UHGV virus genome: UHGV-1457062
Direction: 5' to 3' (one strand)
Length of the DNA stretch: 46,041 nt
Source of the DNA: a virus
The notes beneath the pieces were generated by a model. It was not told the origin of the DNA. It searched no databases and saw only the letters and a list, made by a program, of their open reading frames with translations. Of this stretch, positions 20,068 through 29,061 are shown in pieces (within the stretch, counting starts at the first letter, position 1; every line of letters starts with the position of its first letter). Both the position numbers and the translations under genes were made by a program.

Positions 20068-20888
20068 TAATTTCACTATCAGGTGCATAAACACATCTTT
20101 GATCGCTGGATGTGTTATGCGCCTACTGGTGATTCAATCCTTAAGCCATTTCAACTCACTAAGGAGTTTTCTTTCTTCGTTCTCTCGCTGTTTACGCTCT
20201 AGCCAGGCTTTTCCTTCTGGCGTAGACAGGAACTTACGAGCGTGAATCTTGCGGTTATTACGTTTGATAGCTGCAATGTTTTTCATCGTGTGCCTCTGTA
20301 TTCATATGAAAATTAACAAGTTACATACTACACAGGAAGGCTACGCATAAAACACAATACAAGTAAAGATACATTTTCAAGACAATAGGAGCCATAAAGC
20401 GCCTTTGATGGTTATACCAAAAAATAAGCGCCGTAGGCGTATCCACTAAAAAGGGCTTTTTCACAAAAGCTATGAAGTCTTAGCAGTTCTTCTCTTATCA
20501 GGCACCCGTTGTACTCCGGTGGACGAAACCGTGCTAGAGCTTGATTCTTTCCCGATCAAGTTAGGTTTTGAAGAGGTGGGCTTTAATCCACTATGCACTT
20601 AAAACTCTTCCCATCATTTAGCCTGTTTATCCTCTGCAACGTCTCACGACGTGTAGCATCATTGGACACCGCGCCAGGTGTGGAACATCTTGCTAAGAGT
20701 TTTGGTAGAAGGTTTAGAGACGGTGGCACGTCTTCCAGCTTCAAAGGAACTTGTTACGAGGTTGAGCCTGTGAACTACTCGCCCATACGTGTTACACTAC
20801 CAAAGCCCATAACAACGTATAGGCGTTTGTAAGTGATAACAGAAGATACAATTTCTTAGAGAAGTTAAGCTAAGTTATTGATTTTCTT

Positions 20889-20936
20889 AATGGTGCCGAT
20901 AATAGGAGTCGAACCTACGACCTTCGCATTACGAAT
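20889..20936 (-). repeat. 46-48-nt copy of thrW tRNA-Thr(CGU) 3' portion (anticodon loop to CCA); P22-type att core, not a complete tRNA
   Basis: Reverse complement reads ATTCGTAATGCGAAGGTCGTAGGTTCGACTCCTATTATCGGCACCA; 5' half of the tRNA absent (sequence diverges at 20937). Confidence 0.7.
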
Positions 20937-21146
20937 CTGTAGCACCAATCATAACTATCTGTTTTAGCAAGCATTAACCGCATTCACTAACCTATAGTTG
21001 ATGGCACAAACAGAAAGTTGATGCATGATGTTGCCATGTGTATGTCACAAATACGGCACAACAATCTTCAAACATGTAGCCACCAGAATAGCACAACGCC
21101 TTGTGTACCATAGTTTTTCCACATCAACTACCGCAAGTATCGATAG

Positions 21147-21332
21147 ATGGAGGCTTGGATGTTAAACTTCATGACTTTGATTACTTGGTTGCATCACGAA
21201 ACTATTGAAGTGCAACTGGCACATGCCAACGGCGGATCTGTGCGCGGTATTTACAACCATGCTCAGTATCTCGATAAGCGCAGGGAGATGATGCAGTGGT
21301 GGGCGGACTGGATTGATGAAAAGGTGGAGTAA
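21147..21332 (+). pseudogene. C-terminal fragment of a P4-type integrase
   Basis: ...VQLAHANGGSVRGIYNHAQYLDKRREMMQWWADWIDEKVE matches the conserved P4-type C-terminus; no upstream catalytic domain. Confidence 0.6.
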
Positions 21333-21464
21333 TCCACCTTAACTATCGAATGGCATAAAGCCTTGCAATCCAGCGCAAAGCTTATATGCCACAGTTTTTG
21401 TTGCCACGCCATTCATATAGGTAAGTGACACAGAATGTGCCTAGATATACTGTGATATATAAAT

Positions 21465-23453
21465 TTACTTTCCAAGTAACTCCTCTATTTTCTCAATACG
21501 CATAGCTAACTCTTTTTGTTTCTCCAACAAACGAGAGTAGTTACGTCGTTGTAATGCAGCCTCGAGAGACAATGCCTCCTCATAACGAATTCCGTATCTT
21601 TCACCAGCTGGTGTATCAAGAACCTTTTTAAATTTTGCAGGGGCAGGTTCAGTATATTCTTCTGTATTTCCACCGCTCGTTTCTCTTGTTTTTTTTACCA
21701 CCTCCCCTATATTTGTCTGCACATCAACGTAAACGTCATCCCATGAGTCATAACATAGCAAGCCAAGCTTAAATCCATCTATTCCATGTGATGAAAAAAC
21801 TTTTTCAACACGCTGCGCAATCAGTCCAAAGTGCCATCTCGCACCATCTTCTCCTTTTATCGCTATTGCGTCATCAAATTTAAACCATGTCCCCCAGTCT
21901 ACTTCTGACCACGCGTCAAGAATATATTCTGGTATTTTTTCTTTGATGGGTTTATGGCGAGAGTCAGATGTATTAATTGACCCGGTACCAAAATACGCTG
22001 TTCTTCCTCTTTTGGAAGCTGTTCCATAATCATAGGTGTTGTCAAGAGATGGTCTAATGCCAGACCCCATGACTATTTCTGTTTTTGAGTTAAGTTGAAT
22101 GATTGAAGAATTAAATCCAATAGTCCCATCACCAGAATCTTCAGAACCACCAGAACAGAAAATCCTTCCATCGTTATCAACATTATTTCCGCTTGAGTGA
22201 AAGTCAATATATGAAACACCGGAATCTGTTGTACTACCAAGTTCAATAGATGAGCCAACAGATGCGATATTCAATTTACTATTTTGTAAAGTAACGTCAC
22301 CTGACATCAATATCATTGATGAGCATTTTGGTATCTCGAATCCTGATGTTATGGATGGCACATCTGTAAATGCAACAAGTATTTTACTATCTCCTGCTAG
22401 GGCGTGCCCCCCATTCATGTTGCCTATGCGAATAGCGTTTTTCCAGCGAACGGTTGAAGTAGAAAGGTTTGATAAGGCAATACCAGTATCTACAGCAGTA
22501 CCTCGAACATCACCACCACCGACAATCTGAATACCTGATCGATACCATACAGATGAACCTACTAACGCGGAAACATTAAACTCACATCCTGTAACGTTAT
22601 AAACTCCAACCGCAGCAGAATCCAGGCGTCCATACATATTTCCGCCAAAATATGCTCCTTTGAATGTACCAGGTGATGATGATATCGTTCCACCATCACC
22701 ATTTTGTGAAACCGCAAGACCAACAACACCAACATAATTTCTATCAGGATTTTCTAAGTTTGTGGCTGCTTCGTGAGTTAAAACAAACTCTCCGGCGTGT
22801 CTGCCGCCTTTTGCTTCTTGATATCCGAAATTATGGTGAACTAAAAACCCGTCAACTTTTGTTCCTGCCGATTGGTCATCAACAGCATTAATTCTGTCAT
22901 CATTAATCATGATATAGTTTATTTTAGCTGTGCTTGCATTAGGAACAGAACCAACAATTGAATCATTAATAATGATACCAATACCGTATGTAAGACCATC
23001 ATTTAAATACTCTGATGTCCTGCCCTGCATTATTGAAAACTTATCATTACCTCTAGATATAACTCCTGCGCCAACTAATCCGGCACCACCATTAATAGAT
23101 AGTTCGGTTCTTAACTGATCAGGATCATACTTCAGAACATTAGGAAAATAGAACTGCTGCGCCCCATAAGCATCATAAACAGCCATAGAATGGCCTTGCA
23201 CAGTTACGAACTTGGCAATCTGTCCGTTATATACCGGATAACCAGCAGCGTTAATGATGATTGGTTGCGAAACAGGAACGTGAGAGCCGTCTTCGTTCTC
23301 CACATAAACATGAATCTGGTTTTCAGGATTTACCGGGTCAGTGTCAATTTTACCGATATAAATTTTGCCATTGGCAACCGCTTTAAAAGAACGCGCCATA
23401 GTGAAGAGTTGCGAAGGCATGCTTACCACAACATTGGCTGTAATGTCTGTCAT
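21465..23453 (-). CDS. tailspike protein: P22 gp9-type head-binding N-terminus, divergent receptor-binding body, C-terminal S74-type intramolecular chaperone domain
   Basis: [43 protein letters not shown]... matches P22 gp9 N-terminus; C-terminus has [12 protein letters not shown] and [14 protein letters not shown] motifs. Confidence 0.85.
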   Translation of the reverse strand: MTDITANVVVSMPSQLFTMARSFKAVANGKIYIGKIDTDPVNPENQIHVYVENEDGSHVPVSQPIIINAAGYPVYNGQIAKFVTVQGHSMAVYDAYGAQQFYFPNVLKYDPDQLRTELSINGGAGLVGAGVISRGNDKFSIMQGRTSEYLNDGLTYGIGIIINDSIVGSVPNASTAKINYIMINDDRINAVDDQSAGTKVDGFLVHHNFGYQEAKGGRHAGEFVLTHEAATNLENPDRNYVGVVGLAVSQNGDGGTISSSPGTFKGAYFGGNMYGRLDSAAVGVYNVTGCEFNVSALVGSSVWYRSGIQIVGGGDVRGTAVDTGIALSNLSTSTVRWKNAIRIGNMNGGHALAGDSKILVAFTDVPSITSGFEIPKCSSMILMSGDVTLQNSKLNIASVGSSIELGSTTDSGVSYIDFHSSGNNVDNDGRIFCSGGSEDSGDGTIGFNSSIIQLNSKTEIVMGSGIRPSLDNTYDYGTASKRGRTAYFGTGSINTSDSRHKPIKEKIPEYILDAWSEVDWGTWFKFDDAIAIKGEDGARWHFGLIAQRVEKVFSSHGIDGFKLGLLCYDSWDDVYVDVQTNIGEVVKKTRETSGGNTEEYTEPAPAKFKKVLDTPAGERYGIRYEEALSLEAALQRRNYSRLLEKQKELAMRIEKIEELLGK

Positions 23454-23585
23454 TTAATTTGCTCCAGATACAAGGAATCGCCGCAGCATGGCTACGGTGA
23501 GTATTTGTTACATACCGAAACGGTACGATTGTTGATTTGTACAGTAGGTTTTACGATGCCATTCCACCCATTTGGTGAGGCATTG

Positions 23586-23843
23586 ATGATGTACAGCAAA
23601 TACGATGAGGCGCAGTTCCACTTGAGGCTTACGCACGAGTTGCACGCTAAGATTAAGCAGCGTGCAAAAATGAATAACAGGTCTATCAATTCCGAAATTG
23701 TGGCTACGATGGAAGAATCACTCTCCAAACCATCACCTGTAAGCGGGTATCGTGATGAAGAAGAGAGGCTGGCCTCATTAATCTCGGAACGAGTAAAAGA
23801 AGTTGCGGCTGATATCCTTAGAAAAGAAAAAACCCGCGATTAA
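23586..23843 (+). CDS. mnt: Mnt-like ribbon-helix-helix repressor (immI)
   Basis: NNRSINSEIVATMEESLSKPSPVSGYRDEEERLA matches P22 Mnt; GGTGAGG RBS before ATG at 23586. Confidence 0.75.
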   Translation: MMYSKYDEAQFHLRLTHELHAKIKQRAKMNNRSINSEIVATMEESLSKPSPVSGYRDEEERLASLISERVKEVAADILRKEKTRD

Positions 23844-23857
23844 GCGGGTTTAGTTGG

Positions 23858-24079
23858 TTAGTTATCAAAAAGTCCGTACGTTTCTTCTTCTTCAGGTGTA
23901 AGGGGAAGAATCTCTACTCTATCTATAGATACCTTTTCAATGTACCCATGAGGTCTACTTAAAATTAAAGCTCTCTCATGCCACAGAACTCCAAGAATGT
24001 GATACCTTCCAGCATCGCCTTTTACCCTGGCTCGTCCTTTGATTCTTGGCGGCATAATGCCATATTTTTTCTTTGCCAT
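23858..24079 (-). CDS. hypothetical protein (73 aa)
   Basis: ORF immediately downstream of the antirepressor genes. Confidence 0.4.
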   Translation of the reverse strand: MAKKKYGIMPPRIKGRARVKGDAGRYHILGVLWHERALILSRPHGYIEKVSIDRVEILPLTPEEEETYGLFDN

Positions 24080-24804
24080 TATGCAACATTACTCCCATGA
24101 ATCAGGTGTTGTAGTGCTTTAACACCTTCCGCATTGTAGCGGAATGCTTCCACCTGTTTGCTGGAATGCGCAGATTTATCCAGGAAGAACTTACCGTACT
24201 GCTCAGTTTTGAGGTTGTTTGCGTTAGCAATGCGACCAATCTTGTTGGCCGTTACTCCAAGCTGCTCTGCAACCTCCCCTGCTGAGTAGTAATGCTCTTC
24301 TATTGCTGGAAGAGGTATTGCATTAAAACCAACGATCGGGTTGATTATGCTTGCTGCCGCAGTCTGCTTTGCTTCCGGCGCAAGATTTGGCATCAAATCG
24401 AACAGATTGGTAACAGCTTCAACCGTCATTTTCAGTGTTCGCGCTTGACGATACTCAACAAGTCCACTCGCTGATTTACCGCTTTTAATGTGTGCTTCCT
24501 GCATACTTTCAAGTTTGTCTACAAGTGTTCGGCGAACTGCTTTAGATTCTCGAGCAGCAACACGAAGCGCCTGCTTGATAGTCATGGAGATAACATCAAT
24601 GTCAGCCCCGTTTTTCCGACCTACACTTTTTGTGTAGGTCTCGCCCTCCAATTCATCCTCAATTTTCTCGATGAATTTGTTGTTACGTACTGATGGCTCT
24701 CCACATAACTTGCGAGCTTCATTAACCATCATCAGAAGACTTTGGCTGTCAATGGTTTTATCCGTGACAACGGATCCGATGTTTGCTACATTCTTCAAAG
24801 TCAT
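24079..24804 (-). CDS. antirepressor-like protein (Rha/ORF6N-like N-terminus, KilA-C-like C-terminus)
   Basis: ORF 24079-24855 with internal ATG at 24804 and AGGAA RBS; ...SLLMMVNEARKLCGEPSVRNNKFIEKIE... pattern. Confidence 0.55.
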   Translation of the reverse strand: MTLKNVANIGSVVTDKTIDSQSLLMMVNEARKLCGEPSVRNNKFIEKIEDELEGETYTKSVGRKNGADIDVISMTIKQALRVAARESKAVRRTLVDKLESMQEAHIKSGKSASGLVEYRQARTLKMTVEAVTNLFDLMPNLAPEAKQTAAASIINPIVGFNAIPLPAIEEHYYSAGEVAEQLGVTANKIGRIANANNLKTEQYGKFFLDKSAHSSKQVEAFRYNAEGVKALQHLIHGSNVA

Positions 24805-24892
24805 TAGGCATTCCTTATGTGGTAGTAAGGGTGTGACATAGGCCGCCAGCAGCACACTGGCGGTTTTCTTTTTGCGTCGTCCGGCGCACCAA

Positions 24893-25519
24893 TCAATGAA
24901 TCCATTCCTCGCCGCGCAGTTTTGCCAGCATTGGCTGAGCGTTCTTTACGACAAAATTGTTGGTATCAAGATTCTTCATTTCACGAAGAAGTGATTTCTT
25001 GGTTTCTTCTGACATGTAGCGAGTCTCATATGCAATATCGTAAATCCTTCCTGAAAGCTCAGAACCAATTTGCTTCATTCCTGGGTAGATGTGTTTGCAC
25101 ATTTGTTGGCTCTTCTCCATCCACAATTGTAAGTAGCAGAGATTAACCAGTTCTTCGTCAGTAAACTGTTTTGCAATCGGTGAGCATTCTGCCTGCCGAT
25201 CCAAAATATCCAGCACCCAGCGGCGGAACTCTTTTGCTACAGGAGTGCGAGCAAACATCGCGATTAGGTGGGCACCGCGTAGTGAGAAAACTCGCACTTT
25301 TTTGCGATAATTTCCTGAGGTACTCACTTCGAGTACCTGAGTCATTCCGGCGCTAAACTCATCGCTATACTTGTTATAAATCATTGTTACTGCACGACTA
25401 TTTGCGTATTTAAGTGCAGATGCAATATTAGATGATGTGAACCAAACACCATGCATATCACGGGTGGGGACCAACTCAACTCCGTGGAAGTTGTAATCTG
25501 ATTTTGCTACAATATTCAT
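24893..25519 (-). CDS. ant: antirepressor Ant-like (Bro-N domain)
   Basis: FHGVELVPTRDMHGVWFTSSNIASAL... Bro-N signature; ATG at 25519 with AAGGAA RBS; downstream of arc as in P22. Confidence 0.7.
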   Translation of the reverse strand: MNIVAKSDYNFHGVELVPTRDMHGVWFTSSNIASALKYANSRAVTMIYNKYSDEFSAGMTQVLEVSTSGNYRKKVRVFSLRGAHLIAMFARTPVAKEFRRWVLDILDRQAECSPIAKQFTDEELVNLCYLQLWMEKSQQMCKHIYPGMKQIGSELSGRIYDIAYETRYMSEETKKSLLREMKNLDTNNFVVKNAQPMLAKLRGEEWIH

Positions 25520-25592
25520 GTTAGTTTCCTTGCATACGGTTACTGACATAGAGGCCCGGTTTGTGTTCGCGCACTGCCGGGCTTCACTATTT

Positions 25593-25766
25593 TTATTGGA
25601 TGACAACATCGCCCTTTGCCTCAAGTTTCATCAATAACTCCATTCGATAAGCTATCTCTGCCTGAATTGACCTATGGCATCTTTTTGCTGATTCGCGGAT
25701 ATGTGAATCAACCTTTTCTGTAAAACGAACCTGACGCGGCTTGATGGAAGATATCTTTTCAGTCAT
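25593..25766 (-). CDS. arc: Arc-like ribbon-helix-helix repressor (57 aa)
   Basis: Manually translated MTEKISSIKPRQVRFTEKVDSHIRESAKRCHRSIQAEIAYRME...; position upstream of ant matches P22 arc; below ORF-track cut-off. Confidence 0.5.
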   Translation of the reverse strand: MTEKISSIKPRQVRFTEKVDSHIRESAKRCHRSIQAEIAYRMELLMKLEAKGDVVIQ

Positions 25767-25865
25767 TATGCACTCCTGTTTTTAAAAAACTCATAATCTC
25801 ACTTTTTGTAGTTTGATTATTCACTCACACTCAGTATGAGTCAATGAATTTTTTATGGTGAACTA

Positions 25866-26507
25866 ATGAATTTTGACGATCAATTCCCATCAAGAGTATC
25901 TCTGGCAAGACAGTCCAGGGGTATGACGCAGGCGCAGTTGTCAAAATTAGCTGGTGTTGTTCAACGTCAAATAGCTGCATACGAGGGTGGTGAAGCTAAA
26001 CCACGGCTTCGGGTATTGCAGGCATTAGCCAACGCATTAGGTACTACGGCTGAGTGGTTAGCTCTAGGTGAAGGTCAGGGTCCGGGAACAAAAAACGTCA
26101 TGCCTGACGTTCTGGTAAAGCAAATACCAATCCTCAAACTAGATGAAGTTATGCATTACCTAAACACAGGTGAACACTCATCGTCTAGATTTCATCCGGC
26201 AATATACAATGTTGGTGACTCTGCATTTGCATTGACTATTGAAGGTGAAGCTATGACTACAAGTTCAGGTATTAGCTTTCCCAGAGGATCGGTTGTCACG
26301 TTCAGCCCTCTAGTAAAAGCTAAAAGCAAAGATTATGTAATAGCATCATTGGATAAAGAGCAAATATTGAGCTTCAAACAGGTTTACATTGGTGAAATAG
26401 AGACAAACCTAGTATCCCTAAACCCAATGTATCCTAATATTCTTGTTAGAAATGAAGATGTTAGTATTTTGGCAACCGCAGTTTACCTTGAAATCCCGTT
26501 GCTTTGA
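25866..26507 (+). CDS. lambda CI-like repressor (XRE HTH + S24 LexA-like domain) with Ser->Ala at the nucleophile position and no Ala-Gly cleavage site
   Basis: C-terminal VGDSAFALTIEGEAMTT...SFKQV...LNPMYPNILV parallels lambda CI ASDSAFWLEVEGNSMTA...FTFKKL...LNPQYPMIP; GEAM in place of GNSM. Confidence 0.8.
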   Translation: MNFDDQFPSRVSLARQSRGMTQAQLSKLAGVVQRQIAAYEGGEAKPRLRVLQALANALGTTAEWLALGEGQGPGTKNVMPDVLVKQIPILKLDEVMHYLNTGEHSSSRFHPAIYNVGDSAFALTIEGEAMTTSSGISFPRGSVVTFSPLVKAKSKDYVIASLDKEQILSFKQVYIGEIETNLVSLNPMYPNILVRNEDVSILATAVYLEIPLL

Positions 26508-26571
26508 TATCCTTTGGGAAGCGACACATTATCATCTGATATCCTGCGCAAAACTAAGGAGTGGCTACTCA

Positions 26572-27210
26572 ATGAAAAAAATAGATATATATAGCGATAC
26601 ATCAACCTATGTCATAGGATCATTAGGTTTTTTAATTTTTTTTGTTTGGCAGTACCAGTCACTATCTCCAGGGTGGAGATTTTTGGGGATGTCTTTGATA
26701 TCACTTGGTGCAGGAATAGCAACGCAGGTGTTGATGTATCTCTTTAATGGATGGCTCTCAAAAAGAGTTGAGAAAAAAAGAGCTGCTTCAATATGTAGAA
26801 GCCTAGCCATTCCAGAAGACTCTACAGATCAGGATGATATTGCAAAATGTTGGCGGTATATGATTGCAAGATACTCAAATGAGTTACTGGCAAACAGACT
26901 GTCCGACTTAATCGGGATCGTAGTTACCTCTGTTGGAACAATCATCAGTATAGGGATATCAATTTGGTATGTCGGGATGATTGTCTATTTTGTTTGGAAT
27001 AGAGACTTCAATGAACCTTTCCTTCTTTTTATACCTTTATTTTTCAGGATATTAGCATTCATATGTGAGTTATTGCTCTCTTTTTTCTGCAATGTTTTGT
27101 TCAACAGATACCCTGGTGAAGCAAGAAAGTTTAATAAAAACTATGATGAGTTAAGGAGAATAGATCCTTTTCTATCAAGTAAAGAGTTCCGCGATTCCAT
27201 TCGCAATTAA
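26572..27210 (+). CDS. AT-rich multi-pass membrane protein at the sieA locus (candidate superinfection-exclusion moron)
   Basis: ORF 26443-27210; ATG at 26572 with AAGGAG RBS; at least four hydrophobic helices; low GC. Confidence 0.6.
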   Translation: MKKIDIYSDTSTYVIGSLGFLIFFVWQYQSLSPGWRFLGMSLISLGAGIATQVLMYLFNGWLSKRVEKKRAASICRSLAIPEDSTDQDDIAKCWRYMIARYSNELLANRLSDLIGIVVTSVGTIISIGISIWYVGMIVYFVWNRDFNEPFLLFIPLFFRILAFICELLLSFFCNVLFNRYPGEARKFNKNYDELRRIDPFLSSKEFRDSIRN

Positions 27211-27231
27211 CAACATCCATGACATCAACCC

Positions 27232-29061
27232 TTAGCGATCAGTTGCATCATTGGCAAGTATTGGTCTGATGGCATTTGCGGCGTTATTCAGCGCTCTTTC
27301 ATAGGCTGGCGTTCCAGCTTTAGTGTTTGCCAGACGTAAGAGCGCATTCCTAGCCATAGGGCTTTCATAAACCCTCGACATAAGGCCAATCCCTGTTTCC
27401 CCAGCCAATAGCGCGCCTCCGGTTTTTAGGTTACCAATAACCCTTACCAAAGGCGCGAGTGTCATGCCAGTCTTCGTCACAACATTAGCCTCAGATGCTC
27501 TTTTGGTAGCATCGAGAATAGATAACATCCCCTCTATCTCTTTTCCGTTCTTCCCACCAAATACAGTTTTAAACACCTGACCATTTGCTTGTTTTTGCAG
27601 CTTGCCAAGCTCGGTCATCATTTTCTGAGGGCTGTCACCTACCTTGTCAGCTATTTTGCTGATATATGCCGCCCTTAGCATGTCTTTACCTTTTTGATCG
27701 AGTTTCCCGTACAATCGAGCTATATCTGACCCATATTGTCCATACACAATGGTATTTACAGCCTCGGGAGTTAAATCTCCTTTGTTTAGAACGTTTTTAA
27801 GGCGCGTTTGAGTTGCATGTGTTGCCATTTTTGCATAATCAGCTTTTCCCGCTCTCCATGCTGAAGCATCTTTTGGGCTAAGTCCTTTCGCTATAGATTT
27901 ACTAAGGCTATTGGTTAGCGAGTTGTAGACCCTGTCGACCATTGTTTGCGACATTGATGGCAGAACTGTACGATCGCCTTTTACGTCAATGCGGAACTGA
28001 GTTCTCAGCTTATCAAGTAACTCAAAGGCATCATCTCCATTTGTTATCTCCTGAATGGCATTCTTATAATCATTAAGCGCAGAAATGGTCTGGGTGTCAG
28101 AAACACCTTTAAGTTTCCCAAGTTCGTTTACTGCTCCGTCGATAGCTCTTATGGCGCCACTTGTATCAACTGGCTTTCCAACCATTCTTCCTGACAGGTT
28201 GTTTAGTTTTGACTTGGCTAACGATTTTTCCCTTGCAACGCCTGACTTTAGACTATCAACGACTACAGATGGATCGTAGTCGCCGTATTTTTCGGTGAAG
28301 CGATTAACAAGCTTGGTTCTAGCATCCTGCTGTGCGGCTCTCATTGGTCCAGTCCCAGCTATGACTCCTTCTGAGTAACCCTGCAGTTGATTGCCAAGTT
28401 TTGTTTTTGGAGGAACTACATCCGATGTCATAACTGGTACATCTGCCGCAGCGGCACGCTTGAGCAATTGCTGATCTGCTGGTGATATTTCGCCACGAAC
28501 AGCAGTAATTCCACGCCCTATTCCCTTTGCTGCTGCGGAAAGAACCCCCTGAGCGGCAAGGTTAACTCCGGCATTTTTAGTTGCATTTTGTGCGAAATCG
28601 CCTTTCTGATTTGCGGCCTCTGCCAGTGATCCAATAGCCATGCTTCCTGCCGTTCCAACTCCTGGAACTAAATACCCGCCAATTGTTTCACCAGCTTGCG
28701 CGTAAGGGTCTGTCGGTCGATCGACAGGGCGATAAACATCATCCAAAACCTTGGGGCCACCAAGCCCCTGGCTGATTGCATTAATCAGACTTGCGCCACC
28801 CTGCAATACGTCAAATGGTATGTTTACCAGACCACGACCAGCCTGTTCTGCAATTTGCCCTGCACTTTGACCACCAGTGAGCCAATCGCCAGCTTGTTGC
28901 ATCAATGATGGTTCTTCACGTGCTGGTTCATTGCTATCCTGGCTGACAGTTTGTTGCTGAACAGACTGTCCAGCAAAATACTCATCAATGGCAGATCCAA
29001 TATCTTCCGTGCTCGTACCATCAGGGAAGGTAAATGTCTTACCGTTTGCAGTTACTTTCAT
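27232..29061 (-). CDS. DNA injection (ejection) protein, P22 gp16 homologue
   Basis: 610 aa versus 609 aa in P22; conserved position after gene 20. Confidence 0.75.
   Translation of the reverse strand: MKVTANGKTFTFPDGTSTEDIGSAIDEYFAGQSVQQQTVSQDSNEPAREEPSLMQQAGDWLTGGQSAGQIAEQAGRGLVNIPFDVLQGGASLINAISQGLGGPKVLDDVYRPVDRPTDPYAQAGETIGGYLVPGVGTAGSMAIGSLAEAANQKGDFAQNATKNAGVNLAAQGVLSAAAKGIGRGITAVRGEISPADQQLLKRAAAADVPVMTSDVVPPKTKLGNQLQGYSEGVIAGTGPMRAAQQDARTKLVNRFTEKYGDYDPSVVVDSLKSGVAREKSLAKSKLNNLSGRMVGKPVDTSGAIRAIDGAVNELGKLKGVSDTQTISALNDYKNAIQEITNGDDAFELLDKLRTQFRIDVKGDRTVLPSMSQTMVDRVYNSLTNSLSKSIAKGLSPKDASAWRAGKADYAKMATHATQTRLKNVLNKGDLTPEAVNTIVYGQYGSDIARLYGKLDQKGKDMLRAAYISKIADKVGDSPQKMMTELGKLQKQANGQVFKTVFGGKNGKEIEGMLSILDATKRASEANVVTKTGMTLAPLVRVIGNLKTGGALLAGETGIGLMSRVYESPMARNALLRLANTKAGTPAYERALNNAANAIRPILANDATDR

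Larger units (their letters stand above)
8791..20936. mobile_element. uncharacterised ~12-kb integrative element bounded by thrW 3'-end direct repeats
   Basis: Direct repeats at 8791-8811 and 20889-20936; contains tyrosine integrase, Rep plus iterons, serine recombinase and orphan genes. Confidence 0.6.

Noticed and set aside
20593-20832. ORF 20593-20832(+) as a protein-coding gene
   Set aside because: No RBS, unusual amino-acid composition, and it sits in a likely att-arm/non-coding stretch; kept only as a possible ncRNA region in the findings.
20889-20966. Complete tRNA-Thr gene at the prophage junction
   Set aside because: Only the 3' ~46 nt (anticodon loop to CCA) match; the upstream sequence cannot form the acceptor or D arms, so it is an att-core remnant. 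The intact thrW is presumably beyond the right end of the window.
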